Assembly (NCBI GenBank): GCA_951406725.2 | Contig: OX597823.1 | Coordinates: forward strand, 38,068,001-38,132,000 | Direction: 5' to 3' | Length of the DNA stretch: 64,000 nt | Origin: Octopus vulgaris | Taxonomy: Eukaryota | In this document: positions 48,157 through 61,768 of the stretch, in pieces | Numbering within the stretch: position 1 is the stretch's first letter | How the letters are laid out: every line of letters begins with the position of its first letter | The notes under the pieces: model-generated | What the model was told of the DNA's origin: nothing | Database searches by the model: none | The model's input: only the letters and a program-made list of their open reading frames with translations | Made by a program: the position numbers and the translations under genes

Positions 48157-51029
48157 GTAAGAGTTTTTAGTGTATGACATTAATTAGTCATTCATGTTTA
48201 AACCTTTAGCATTTAAACCAGCGATATTGAGCTAAAATATTATACCTGTTTTATGTTAAAACTGGCCTGATCCAGCCTCTCATATCTACCTTACAGTATA
48301 ATTTTAAAAAGAAATAATCACATCTTTGAAATCTCAAATTACAAGATAATACATGATAAGGTGTGAGAGACCAGCTCCGGCCACATTGTACAAGGAAAGG
48401 AAAGGAAAAGAGAGGAGAGAAAAAAAAAATGGAGAAAAGAAATGAAGGATAGAAAGTGAAAAAAATGTCATAATTTATGTGTGTTTATATATATATATAA
48501 TTATCATTTTAATGTCTATGGGTTGGACAGTGTTAATTGAGGCAGTTGGAAATAGGTGATGGATGGTGAGAGAAAGGGTATCTGGCCATAAAAGATCATC
48601 ATCGGACGTTAAATGATGATAATGATGATCTTTTACGGCTAGATACCCTCTCCCTCACCAACCATCACTTATTTCCAAGCAGGGAAATATTTTTCTCATG
48701 GTCAGACATGTTCTTGCAGACTATTGGAGATGAATGACAGTGATAATTGTTTAAACTGTCATGTGATATCATGAGAATGAGACACAAACATACACATTCA
48801 CTCTCTCACACACACACATGACATGATTCCTTTAGTTTCCATCTACTAAATCAGCTCACAAGGCTTTGGTTGACTTGAGGCATCTGCAAAAGTGCCATGC
48901 AGTGGGGCTGAACCTGAAACCATGTGACTGGAAAGCAAACCTCTTAATAACGCAGCCACACCTGCACATATATGTATGTGGATGTGTTTTCTTGTCTTGA
49001 CATCACCTGATTGCTGTAAACAAACATCGTTTGCTTGGAAACAGGTGAGGGCTGATGACAAGAAGGGCATCTGGCCATAGAAAATCTGCTGCAGTGAATT
49101 ACATCTGATCCATGCAAGCATTTATATTCTGATCCCTGTACCTTGAGGGTATACCCTGGCACACCACCACCATCTTTCTTTTGCTCTCACCCTTTTTCTC
49201 TCTTGCACTCTCACACTGTCATTCTTGATCACACTCTCACTTTTTCTCTTCCTTTGATTTGGTATCTCCTCTACAGCAAGACATCTGTTTCTGTTCCTCT
49301 AACATACTCTAACCTCTCATCACCTGGCACAAGGCCACCTCCTCCAGTACTCCTTCCACTCTTGAAGGTTCTTTGTCTTGCAAGTTACTTGGTGACCCCA
49401 CCAGTGCTGGTCCACACTGTAAAGTAGTTGGCATTTAGAAGGGTATCCAGCTGTAAAAATCATATCAAAGCAGACCTTGCCAGTGCTGGTGCCAAATAAA
49501 AAGCACCCAGGCCACTTTGAAAAGTGGTTGGCATTATGAAGGGCATCCAACTGAAAAAAAAAACCATGCCAAAGCAGATCTTGCGGGTACTGGTACCATG
49601 TAAAAAGCACTTAGACCCCTCTGTAAGGTGAATGGCATTAGGAAGGGCATCCAGCAGTAAAAACCATGCCAAAATAGACAATGAAACCTGGTGCAGTCTT
49701 CTGACTTGTCAGCTCCTATCAAACTATCCAACCCATGCCACCCTGGAAAACGGATGTTAAATGGTGGTGATGATGGTTGTATGGCGATAGGCTTAGAGTT
49801 TACATTTAAATAAGAAAGAAAGACTTAAAAAACTGTACAGTTGCATCTATGTCCCACTCCCCTACCATCCAGTTTGTCCCCTAGTACTTGTATAAAATTT
49901 TCAACTGCCCACAGGAGGTGGTACTACTTGGTGGAAATGGTCAAGAATCTATTGAGATGGGGATGGTGGTGGTTGTATATAGGAAGATGATAGTGTTGGT
50001 GAGAGGTGTGTTATCATTGTTTGTGTTGACATGATGAGAATAATTATGATCATAACTTGATTCACTCAAAATATTGGTGCCATCTGGAATTTTCTGCTAA
50101 ACAAAGAACACAGTACAGTAGAAGAAGATCTGCTTTGTCATTTTTACAGACAAGTAATTTATAATCTCCTCCTTCAAATCTGCAACAAATGACCACGATA
50201 AAATATGTCTGCTAATATTAAAGAATCTTCATTGAATATTAGAACATACAAGAGGAAAAAAAAAACATCCATTACAGCTTGCTAAATAATTTTGTAATGC
50301 TTAATAGGAATGATAAGAAATGAACAAACATTACAACAACAAAGAAATAGTACAAGTTCTGCAAATTTTTATTATTATTATTTTTTGCATTGCTCACAAA
50401 AGACAGACAACAGTTTAAAGAGCAGAACACTTGTGTGATATCACATAGAATAATATTTTGTGCAATGCAACATGACAGACTGTGCTAGAAGACAAGAGGA
50501 GGAAATGAGAGATGTGTACATATGATGTCGAGTATGGTGCTGATTTTCTAAGAAACAATGAAAGGCAGCAGAATTGTAACTTATCAGAAGTTTCCTAGAA
50601 TACTAATGAGATGAAGTAGAATGATCTTCTAAGGAATATGGAAAGCATGGAATAAATAAATAAATGTTGTATATGAATATTTAGTAGTAGCTGTTACCTG
50701 CTATTTCAAGAGAGATTTAGGTGTGTGCGTGTGTATGCATGCGGTTGCATAGGAATATATATATAAATATGTATATATATAAGTTCTTTGTAAAGCATAT
50801 TATGTATGTAATATGTATGTGTGTGTGTGACAGAGAGAGAGAGATTGTCACTTTACCTTGACATTGCATGCTTGTTGTAAATGAATGTCACTATCATGAA
50901 AGTGGTGTCCTTTGTTTCTGGTCTTCTGTGAAAACATGTCTAGTTATAAGGAATTAATGCCTTACTTGGAAGCAGGTATGGGTTGATGATAGGAAGGGCA
51001 CCTGACATGCCTATTCTATAATCATCATC

Positions 51030-52130
51030 ATCATCATTTAATGTCCATGCTGGCATTGGTTGGACAGCTTCACCAGGGTTGGCAAGCTGGAAGGCTGCAC
51101 CAAACTCCAGTCTGATTTTGCATGGTTTCTATGGCTGGATGCCCACCCTAACACCAATCACTCTGAGAGTGTAATGGGTGTTTTTATGTGCCACCAGCAT
51201 AAGTGCCATTTGTGTGACACCAGTATCTGCCATTACTGCGATTTTGCTCAGCTTGATGGCTCTTTTTCTCAAGCATGACATAATGCCAAAGGTTTTGGTC
51301 ATTGCCTCCATGAGGCCCAACACTTGAAAGGAGCTCAGCCACTTTGCCTCAATGAGGCCCAATGCATGAAAGGTGCTCTTTACATGCCACCTGCATGGGT
51401 GCCAGTTACATGACACCAGCATCAGCCACAACTACAATTTCACTTGGCCTGATGGGTCTTTTCAAGCACAGCATATCACCAAAGGTCTTGGTTATAGTCA
51501 TTGTCTCTGTGAGGACCAAAGTTCAAAGATCATGCTTCTTCACCTTGTCCCATGTCTTCCTGGATCTACCTCTACCCCAGGTTCCCTCTGCTGTTAGAGT
51601 TTGGCACTTCTTTACACAGCTGTCTTCGTCCACATGAATGACATGACCATACCAGCACAGTCGTCTCTCTTGCATACTAAATTTGAGGCCTCTTATGCCC
51701 AACTTTTCTCTGAAAATGCTTGCACTCTGTTGAACATACACACTGACATTACACATCCAGTGGAGCATACTAGCTGCATTTCTTTCAAGCCTACACATGT
51801 TCTCAGCTGTCACAGCCCATGTTTCACTGCCATATAGCATAGCTGTTTACACATAGGCATCATACAATCTGCCTTTCACTCTGAGAGAGAGAGAATCCCT
51901 TTGTTGCTAGCAGAGGTAGGAGCTCTCTGAACTTTGCTTAGCCTAATCTTATTCTCATAGCTATACTCTTGGGGAATCCATCTCTGCTACTGACTTGGTC
52001 ACCTAGGTAACAGAAGCTATCTACTATCTCTAGCTTGCTCCATTGACAATTTTTGGTGTTTATTGTACCTGTGCATCTTCCACATACAAAAGCTATTTTC
52101 CATGTTAACCTTCCTCTGATATTGCTAATA
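51030..52130 (-). mobile_element. RTE LINE 3' fragment
   Basis: MLYGSETWAVTAE...RRLCWYGHV...RGRSRKTW plus 3' UTR. Confidence 0.9.
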
Positions 52131-55059
52131 ATCATCGCATTTGGCAGAGTAGTCTGAATGCCAAAGGGTTAATGTCTGCTTTCCATGTTGGCATGAGTTG
52201 GACAGTTTGACATTGAGCTGGCCAGACTCCGATTGTCTGTTGTGGCATGGTTTCTACAGGTGGATATCTTTCCTAATGCCAACCACTTAATAGAGTGTGC
52301 TGGGTGCTTTTTACGTGTCTCTGGCACGTGTGCATTTACATAGTGCTGGCACAAGTATGTTTACACAGCACTGGCACAGGTGCTTTTTATGTGGCACCAG
52401 CACCTGAAAGGACAAGCCTATATATGTGCAAGACAACAGTTTTACTTAGTTTGACATGTCTTATTAAGTACAGCGAAGTGCCACATCTCTTTTTTCCTTG
52501 TCATTTCCTCAGTGAGGCCCAGGGTCTGAAGATTCTTTCTCACAAGCAAAAAGACTGTTTAATCAAGTGAAATTGCACCCATATGAAAATAAAAATTGTT
52601 AGCGTTAATGACAATTCAGTAAAGAGGTTAAGGGAGAGTAATTTGAAATATGAATTGATCAAAAAATTAAATTATATCATGCAGTGAGGAGCAAGTGTGA
52701 TATTTTGTAGTGACAGTGTTAAATGAGGACATGTTACAGTCTTATTGTATCACTCTTTCTCTCTCCCCATACACACATATTGTAATCCTAGCTGGCCCAT
52801 GTCCTATGAGCAGGATATATAGTACCTGCTGTCAACTATCATCCAGCAACCACACTTGGTCATACAGACTCATGTAACTTGACATCACCAAACGCTGTGG
52901 TAACTGTTGTTGAAATATTCACCCTACAGAATGTTGACTGATAACAGCATCCTGTTCTATCATGTGGAGTATGCAGTAGTAAAATGCTGACATCATATCT
53001 CCTCTACTACATGGAGCATAGTGAAAGGATTGCTGTTGCTAAAATGTCATACTCTATGTTGACTAACTGACACAAATATCCCATCTATCTTACCATTAGG
53101 AGTTTACAATGAAACAACTGCTAGTACTAAGATAGTTAACACACCCAAACTGACCAATGGTAGCCCAAATACTTTGAACAATCTGACAAAGGAGATGACA
53201 ACAAAACCTAACAAACGGCAAGATGTTGTTTTGGAAAAGGATCTTTCAAATCCATGCAGGCATAGAAAAGTGGACACTAAAGTGATACTTCATAGTATTT
53301 GTTCTAACCCTCCTACCAAAAGCCTCAAATCCAACCAAAGGCCTCAACATTTTCTTTCATCTTTATGGAGTCAATAAAAAAATGTATTTATCCAGAGCAA
53401 TGGATTAATAAAACTTAGAAGATTGGATAGGCTACCTTGCATGATTTTTTTTTGGCTCTTTGTGTTCTGACAACAACTGTGAAAACATTGGTGTCAAGTT
53501 GGAAGAGTTAAAATCAGTGACCTTTCCCTTGGATAAACATTGGTAGCCTAGAGGTGGAGAAACTTACATGTCTGGGTAATTGCTTCATTTTCTCAAAAAT
53601 GTTTTACCCAGGCTTGCACATACATATGTAGATGCATAATAAACATTGACTGATGGAGGTCCTACATCGTCATTGTTTTTATGTCCACTATATTAATGTA
53701 GATGGGAGATACAAGACAAAATAGTGAAGACCAACTTTAAGATGTTGAAGTGATGATAAACTATTGAGATGATCGACAAGTTGCTGTACATGAGAAGACC
53801 CATCCATCTTGGCAGAAATGAAGTCCTAAAAGTATATTGTTTTGATAAAGCCTTGCACTTAAGCCATCCCCACAGTTCATCTTCTCAGCATCCACCCCTG
53901 TATTCTCAGTATCATTCCCTATCACTATTGAGCAGCATCTCATATCAATTATTAATGACACCTAGCTTTTTGTTTATCACCCACTGTATTCACCCATTAT
54001 ACCTCTAATCTCCATCCCTGTCACTGTGCTCCCTCCCTCTCTACCCCACACTTCACATCATCTTCCTCTTTCTCTTTTTTACAGTTCTATTACAATACTG
54101 CTCTCCCCTCCCCCTTTTTGTATTGCTATTTCTTCCTCCCTGACCTATCCCTAGTTCCTTCACATTCCCTTACCTCTACTGACATTCAACATTGACCATG
54201 CCTCCATACCTGTAAGCCAGCCACTGCATTCACTTATATCCTTACTTTTAACCGTCTGTCACTCATCTTTCTATCACAAACTTAACTGGGATGGTTATTA
54301 CCTCACTTGAAAATAGATGGGAGTTGGCTTCGGGAACATGGTCTTGTCTAACCCACACAAGCATAGGAAAGTGGATATTAAAATGATGATGATGATGATA
54401 ATGATATGCATGTGTGTTTGTCTCTCACCACCTGACAACTAGTGTTAGTTTCTTTACATCCCCATAACTTAGCGGTTCTGCAAGATGAGATCAATAGAAT
54501 AAGTATCACACTTTAAAAGTAAGTACTGGAATCAATTTGATTGACTAAACCCTTCATAGTGGTGCCCCAGCATGATTGTAACCCAATCATTGAAACAAGT
54601 AAAAGATTTAACAGTGTATGTGTCATTCATCATCATGATACACACACACACACACACACCTGTCTGTCATATTGCTGGTAACTTTGGAAGAATACTTTTG
54701 CAACTATGGGAAATATCAGGAAATATGGTATATACTCTCAACTATAATTTAACTTTTATCAAATTATATAAAATGATGAAAAGAATACTAATTAAGACAG
54801 TATTTATTACCTTAAAATAAAATTATAATAAAGTTCTCATTTTTATAACCCTAACTACAACTACTCTGTCATTTACCCCCTCTCATCCTTTCCTCTGTCT
54901 CTAATTCTTTCTCTCACTCATCCTGTACCTCTTATGTTTACTCTCTCTATTTCTCCTTCACTTCCTTTTCCCCCCTCTCTCCCCATATGAGTTAAATCAT
55001 GACTGGAGAAATCAACCAATCAATAACCTTTATATCAGCTATTATATATTCATAAGGAA

Positions 55060-55290
55060 GGCGGCGAGCTGGCAGAAACGTTAGCGCGCCGGGCGAAATG
55101 TTTAGCAGTATTTCGTCTGTTGTTACGTTCTGAGTTCAAATTCCGCTGAGGTCTACTTTGCCTTTCATCCTTTCGGGGTCGATAAATAAAGTACCAGTTT
55201 CGCACTGGGGTCTATGTAAGCGACTTAATCCGTGTGTCTGTCCTTGTTTGTCCTCTCTGTGTGTAGACCCTTGTGGGTAGCAAAGAAATA
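55060..55290 (+). mobile_element. SINE family C, well preserved, with a Tx1-like tail
   Basis: GGCGGCGAGCTGGCAGAA head, B box GAGTTCAAATTCC, central GCCTTTCATCCTTTCGGGGTCGATAAA and tail CCCTTGTGGGTAGCAAAGAAATA. Confidence 0.8.
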
Positions 55291-55419
55291 TATTATATAT
55301 TCATATATATATATAAAAAAAAATATTTTCCCTAACATCTGACTAGTGATCCAATATTTTTAAGTCCATTAGTTAACACCCTTTTGTACCAATAAAGAGT
55401 TCACTTTATTGCATTTCAG

Positions 55420-55570
55420 GTACCACTCGTGATCATTTTGATGGCAAAGAGGTGTTAAGCTTGCAGTATGAAGCATACCATACAATGGCTAAAAAGAAAA
55501 TGTTTGAAATTTGTCAAGATATACGCAACAAATGGAATGTTGGAAAAATCGCTCTTGTACATAGATTAGG
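55420..55570 (+). CDS. MOCS2: MOCS2B coding exon 2
   Basis: [51 protein letters not shown]; canonical AG/GT; phases consistent. Confidence 0.96.
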
Positions 55571-55629
55571 GTAAGCATGATTTTCCTGATTATTTAAAGT
55601 TTGTTTTTCTGGGTTTTGTAAGTTGTCAG

Positions 55630-57190
55630 AATCTGTGATAGAATACTTAAGCTTAGACTAGTGCTGCAATATGGTTTAGCAACAATTATCTCAGTTTATG
55701 CCCTTCAGCCAAGGCTACCTGATGAACAGAAAGATCATTTTTATGACACCTTCTTGCAGACTACCTCATCAACAAATAACAGGGACTTTCTCTTTGTGGC
55801 TGGTGACAACATCCAGCAAACTTCCATGGTGTACGGATTTGGCTCCTGTAATGAGGAGGGAGCCAGGCTGCTGGAGTTCTGTGATGCAAATGATCTTATG
55901 ATCTGTAATGTTAACTTCAAGAAACCTGCCAGTCACCTGTTCACCTACCAATCTGGTGGACACACTAGCCAGGAAGCGGGAACATAGGTTAGAAGTTAGA
56001 AGCAAGGATCAGTCTTCAGCCTCCTCTTATTCATCATAGTCTTCCAGGCAATAACAGAGGAATTCTAAACAGGCTACACCTAGGAACTCCTTTATGCTAA
56101 TGACCTTGTTCTAATAACTGAGTCACTACCAGATCTAGAGAAGTTTCAAGTGTGGAAGCAAGGTCTAGAATGAAAGGGCCTTAGAGTCAATCTAGCAAAA
56201 ACCTAAGTCTTAGTAAGTAGGAAGGCAGACAAACCATAAATCACTTCAGGTAGTTGGCCCAGCTCGATCTGTAGGAAAGGTGTAGATAGAAACGCCATAA
56301 GATGTACCTGGTGTAAGCTATGGATACATAAGAGGTGCAGCAATATCAAGGAATGGTTAACTGGGAAGATAATTTTTGTGTGTGGCAGATGCACAGGGGC
56401 AATAAACACTGAAACTGTGCAGAGAGCAGCTTCCATCACATGCCAAGAGGAAAAACGAGAAGTAGTTGATAGCTTCCGTTATCTAGGTGACCAAGTCAGC
56501 AGTGGAGGTGGATGCTCTGAGAGTGTAGCTACTAGAATAAGAATAGCCTAGGCAAAGTTCAGATAGGTCTTATCTCTGCTGGTAACAAAGGGCCTCTCGC
56601 TCAGAGTGAAAGGTAGATTGTATGATGCATGTGTGTGAACAGCCATGCTACATGGTAGTGAAACATTGGCTGTGACTGCTGAGGACATGTGTAGGCTTGA
56701 AAGAAATGAAGTTAGTATGCTCTGCTGGATGTGTAATGTCAGTGTGCATACACGGCAGAGTGTAAGTGCCCTGAGAGAAAAGTTGGACACAAGAAGTATC
56801 AGGTGTGGTGTACAAGAAAGACAACTGCACTGGTATGGTCATGTTACATATGGATGAGGACAGCTGTGTAAAGAAGTGCTGATCTCTACCTGTGGAAGAG
56901 GTAGACCCAGGAAGACCTGGGATGAGGTGGTGCAGCACAACCTTTGAACGTTGGGCCTCACTGAAGCAATGACAAACAACCGAGACCTTTGGAAATATAC
57001 TGTTTGAGAAGACCTGGCAAGCTAAGTGAGTTCGTAGCTATGGCATATGCCAGTGTTGCATAACTGGCCCATTTAAGAGTTCCCTTCAATCGTCGGGAAA
57101 TGTGCTGTGCTTGAGAAGACTTATTGAGTCAAGTAAAATTGCTGTCATGGCTGATGCCAGTACTACCTGACCGGCACCCCTGCTGGTGGG
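55630..57190 (+). mobile_element. Internally deleted RTE LINE (endonuclease piece joined to RT and C-terminus)
   Basis: ISVYALQ...NEEGARLLEFC at 55661-55987 jumps directly to QGSVFSLLLF at about 56004. Confidence 0.9.
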
Positions 57191-57724
57191 ACTATTCCGA
57201 AGGAGATAATGTTAAAACTTATGTAAATAAGTTATTTTTTATTAAACATAACTAGTCCAGGAACTTTTTGATACTACCTTGTATGTGTGTTGTTTAACAA
57301 TATTTCCTTTTCCTTTATGACAAGACATTATGTTTTCCTGCCATTTCATCTCCCTTAGTTTAATTATATAAGAATGTAAGCAATAGTGTTGATGATAATT
57401 GGTGACAGCAAATTCTAATCTGGAAACTAAAAGAAGCCTGTCATATGTATGTATGTGGGTGTGGAACATGGAATTTTAATGGTGATGATGATGAAGATTT
57501 TCTGTCTATCTGGCTGGCTTGCTGTCTGTCCACACACACACACACACACTCAAAGAAAAAAATATTGCTATAAAATACTGTCTAGGTAATATTTTTGAAT
57601 ATTTTAAAGTAGTTAAATACATAATTTTTATTTTCCTTGAGCTTTGCTGCAACTAAGACTGCTGGATTAATCTACTCAACATTTCCATTTAATGAATATA
57701 TTTATTCTTTCCCACCTGTTGCAG

Positions 57725-57848
57725 TGAAGTCCCTGTTGCTGAAGCAAGTGTTATTATAGCCATCTCTTCAGAACACCGCAAGGAATCTCTTGAAGCAGTT
57801 CAATATGCCATTAATACACTGAAGGCTGTAGTGCCTATTTGGAAAAAG
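57725..57848 (+). CDS. MOCS2: MOCS2B coding exon 3
   Basis: [41 protein letters not shown]; canonical AG/GT. Confidence 0.96.
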
Positions 57849-57979
57849 GTAACACATACACATATGCACATGCATGCATGCACATACATGCAAGCACGCA
57901 CAGATATTGGTAAAGTTTTGATCAACCTAATGTTCAGTATTCTGTTCATGTTTCACAACCTGCCTACTCTTTCCTTACA

Positions 57980-58240
57980 TAACAAGCAGGGCCATTTACC
58001 TGATGTGAGTAGGATCCTGTCTGTTTTCCTGCTTACCAAGACCTTAGTCTTTGCTAAGTTAGCATTAAGCCCTTTCAATTCCAGGTTTTGCTTCCACACC
58101 TGGAATTTCTTTTCTTGCTCTGATACAGAATCTGCTATGATAGCAAGGTCATTAGCATATAGCAGTTCTCAGGGGCAGCCAGTCTTGAATTTCTCTGTTA
58201 TAGCCTGAAGGATGATGAAAAGGAGAGGACTAAGAACTAA
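57980..58240 (-). mobile_element. RTE RT fragment
   Basis: Minus-strand LSPLLFII...YANDLAIIA...[12 protein letters not shown]. Confidence 0.8.
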
Positions 58241-60173
58241 AATTCCATTGAGTAATCAGTGAATCTTTGAAGGCTTTTATTTCCTAAATGCCACTTATGT
58301 TGAAGATTCCTATGGCTATCTTAAAGCAACATATTGGTTACTATACTAGTAATTATATATTTTTATGGGTTTTCAAGGATGGTCAAGGAATTTATTAAGG
58401 CTATGAATCAGGCATCACTAGGCTGAGGTTTATAAACCATTTGCAGATGGGAGAAAATTATATTGATAAAACTCTTTTCTTAAATGTTCATAAATCTATG
58501 AAATTTTTTAAAGGCTATTTTGCTTCCAATTCTATCCTGTGCAGACCTTGATCCCCCCCCACCCCACACATTCTTCCAAAATCTCCTACTCCACTACATG
58601 TCTCTCATAATATAGACTGTTACTAATTGCAAAGACTAATCTCTTGACACCAACAAGATTATTAAATTGCTGGTTATTTTTGCTGTTGTCAATTCTGAGA
58701 GGAGGTTGCATTAAAGGCCTATTAAAACCAGTTCTTTACTTCATATAGACAATCCTATTAGTAGGACATCAGAAGACAACAAAGATATATCATATTGCCT
58801 ATTACTCAGTTTAATAATTCTGCCACCTATTCTGGTATCTTCAGTTTACCCATCCAGAAGATCTGTACTTCGTCTTTGAGCAATGTGGTGGAAGTACATT
58901 TGTATTTGACTTCTTATACACAAAATACATACACACTCACCTCTGCATTATATTTCTTATACATAACATTCTTGCACTCACCTTTGTTCTAATATCTCCT
59001 TTTCTATTCCACCAAATCTTTTCATCATGTAGTGTTGAACCTGAAATTAAGAGCCTGAAAAAGAAAACATTTGTTGAAAGTTATGATTGAACATACCTAA
59101 CACCCAACAAATACTATGTTTGCAATACTAATGACAGTTGTTAGTCTTATTCATGAAATTAGTGTTACAATTTAATGTGCTATGCTGCACTGTTAATTAC
59201 CAAAAGTTTTACAGTTAGATACCTGCTGTAAAAACCTTTATAAAACTGACCTTGCCTGTGCTTGTGCCACATTAAAAGCACTAAGTCCACTCTGCTGAGT
59301 GGTTAGTGTTAGGAAGGGCATCTAGCTGTAAAAGCCCTGCCAAAACAGTCACAGAAGTCCGGTGCAGGTTTTGGTCTGGCTGGCTCTTGTACCATCCCAT
59401 CCATGCTAGCATGGAACATGGATGTTAAATGATGATGATGATACCCTTCCTTTCCGCATCCACTCTGAAAGCTACCTAGGAATATCCATATTGCCACTGA
59501 TACTAGATTGACTTGCAGGATTAAGAGACTTCTTGATATGTATCAATTTTACATTAGGGTGGCTGCTTTCTGATGTGGGTTCTTCTACTGTGGTTTTTAT
59601 GGATTTCATAAATGTATCTTCTGTGTTTTAGGGTCAAATCCCTTTTAGACCAATAAGAGTTTTCGAGCTGGAGAGGAAAGCTAAATTTCTAGATGGGTCT
59701 CATTCTCAGTGACTGAAGATGCTTTTCAATTCTTGTTGGTTTGTGATTGGAGTAGAGGGAAACAGAAAATAACAAGATGAGTAAACTGTATGTCATTTCC
59801 TCAGTCAGAGGGAAGATTATTAAGACTGGCTCGGGTCTCAACTGGTGACCCTGATGGATTGAATAGGTGTCATACAAAGAGGAATGGCTCAGGAATTCTT
59901 GAATGCTGAAATGACTAAAACAGGTTTAAATGCATATTCATTCGTTTGTTTTTACATCCATTTTCCATGCCAATATGGGGTTAAATGACATGTTATTGAA
60001 GTATTGTTTAACAGCAGGATGCCCTTTGTGTCTCTAATCCTAACCTGTTTTTTAAATAAGGGTCTTTGAGGTGTTGAGGCAGTAGACAATTTTTTGACAG
60101 GTTTAAAAACACTACAGCCATGGTTTGTAGCTCAGCAAATTTTCAGAGAAATGCAGTTCTAAAAAAAAAGCAG

Positions 60174-60227
<54 letters not shown>

Positions 60228-60756
60228 TCCCTCCATTTACTTTTCACTCACAAGGCATTGGCTGTCTCAGATCTGTATCAGAAAATACTTGATCAAGGGG
60301 TTGAACCCCAAATCAGTTGGGCATGCATTTCTTAGCCATCCAGTCATGACTGTACCTAAGGTGTAGTGCAGTAGGGTTGAACCTAAAATCAAGTGGTTGT
60401 GTAAAGAACTTCTTAGTCAAGATAGCCAATCTACGCTTCTGGTCACTTGCCCAAGTTACTGAATAGTGAGACTGAACCTGAAACCTATGGTTGTGAAGTG
60501 AACGACGTAACTACAAATTCGTGATTTAATTTATTTTATTGTGAATAAATCATCTTCAGACTGATAAATGCAAACATGACGTATTGTAAAGTTTAATATC
60601 TGCTTACCTTAGTCATTATGGCATAAAAAAATAATAAATAAATAAATGTAAAATGTGAGTAGGGGAAGAATCATTGCAATTAATTGTGTCTATTAGTTTG
60701 GCTGCTATTAATTTCATATGCTTATAGAATTCTTTACATTTCTTAATTTTTTCCAG

Positions 60757-60846
60757 GAACTTTATCGGAGCAGTTCACCTGAGTGGAAAGAAAATACAGA
60801 ATACTTTTGGAAGAAGGAAGGATGTTGCAATTTCAAAATGCTCTAA
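60757..60846 (+). CDS. MOCS2: MOCS2B last coding exon
   Basis: ELYRSSSPEWKENTEYFWKKEGCCNFKML*; CAG acceptor; completes WKKE...WKEN.E.FW. Confidence 0.92.
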   Translation, partial: ELYRSSSPEWKENTEYFWKKEGCCNFKML

Positions 60847-60903
60847 CAATTTATTTTTAGTGATAAACAGTTTTTCTAAACAATATCCAATATTTTAAAA
60901 GGG

Positions 60904-60909
60904 AATAAA
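60904..60909 (+). terminator. Candidate MOCS2 polyadenylation signal
   Basis: AATAAA about 60 nt after the stop, followed by a T-rich tract. Confidence 0.5.
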
Positions 60910-61152
60910 ACAACATAAATATTTGAAAGTTTTTTTTATTCAGTTAAATAGTTGATCATATTTTATTTTCCTTCTTTGCTAGCTGCAGGCCTGGCCCTAT
61001 AGTTAAGAAGTTTGCTTTCAACCACATGGTTTCAAGTTCAGTCCCACTGTGTGGAACCTTGGACAGATGTCTTTTACTATAGCCCTGGGTTAACCAAAAG
61101 CTTGTGAGTGGATTTGGTAGACTGAAAGAAACGTGTTGTGTGTGTGTGTGTA

Positions 61153-61361
61153 TCTATATACTACTAAAACTCTGTGATTACTTGCTTGCGTGCTTCTCTG
61201 TAATTTAATACAGCTAAACTGGCGCATAATGGGAAAATACCATTATACCATTGAAATGTGAATACAGAGTAAAACAAGTTTCACTTTAATCGGTTCCCAA
61301 GATATACGTTTTTTCGGGTATCTTGAACTATTGGTGACCCAACGAGTCATGGGTAGTCTAG
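61153..61361 (+). mobile_element. Mini Helitron nested in a SINE microsatellite
   Basis: A|TCTATATACTACTAAAAC start; 3' ACCCA...TGGGT hairpin followed by CTAG|T. Confidence 0.6.
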
Positions 61362-61363
61362 TA

Positions 61364-61394
<31 letters not shown>

Positions 61395-61396
<2 letters not shown>

Positions 61397-61768
61397 CTTT
61401 TATCTTTTACTTGTGTCAGGCATTTGACTGTGGCCATGCTGGAGTACTGCTTTGAATGGTTTTAGTCAAGCAGATTGATTCCAAGTCATTTTTTAATGCC
61501 TAATACTTATTCCATCCATCTCTTTTGCCAAACTGCTAAATTACAGGGACATAACCATACCAACACTAGTTGTCAAGTGGTGGTGGGCAACAAACACAGA
61601 TACAAAGGCACACACACATGCACATAAAATACAATAGTGTTCTTTCAGTTACTGTCTACCAAATCCACTCACAAGACTTTGGTCGGTCTGAGGCTGTAGT
61701 AGAAGACACTGGGACTGAACCCAGAACCATGTGATTGGGAAGTAAGCTTCTTACCACACAGCCACATA
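61395..61768 (-). mobile_element. SINE family A
   Basis: Reverse complement of the 30603-31050 family. Confidence 0.8.

Noticed and set aside
57831-58208. 125-aa ORF starting PIWKK
   Set aside because: This is the MOCS2B exon end reading through the donor into intron and antisense RTE sequence.
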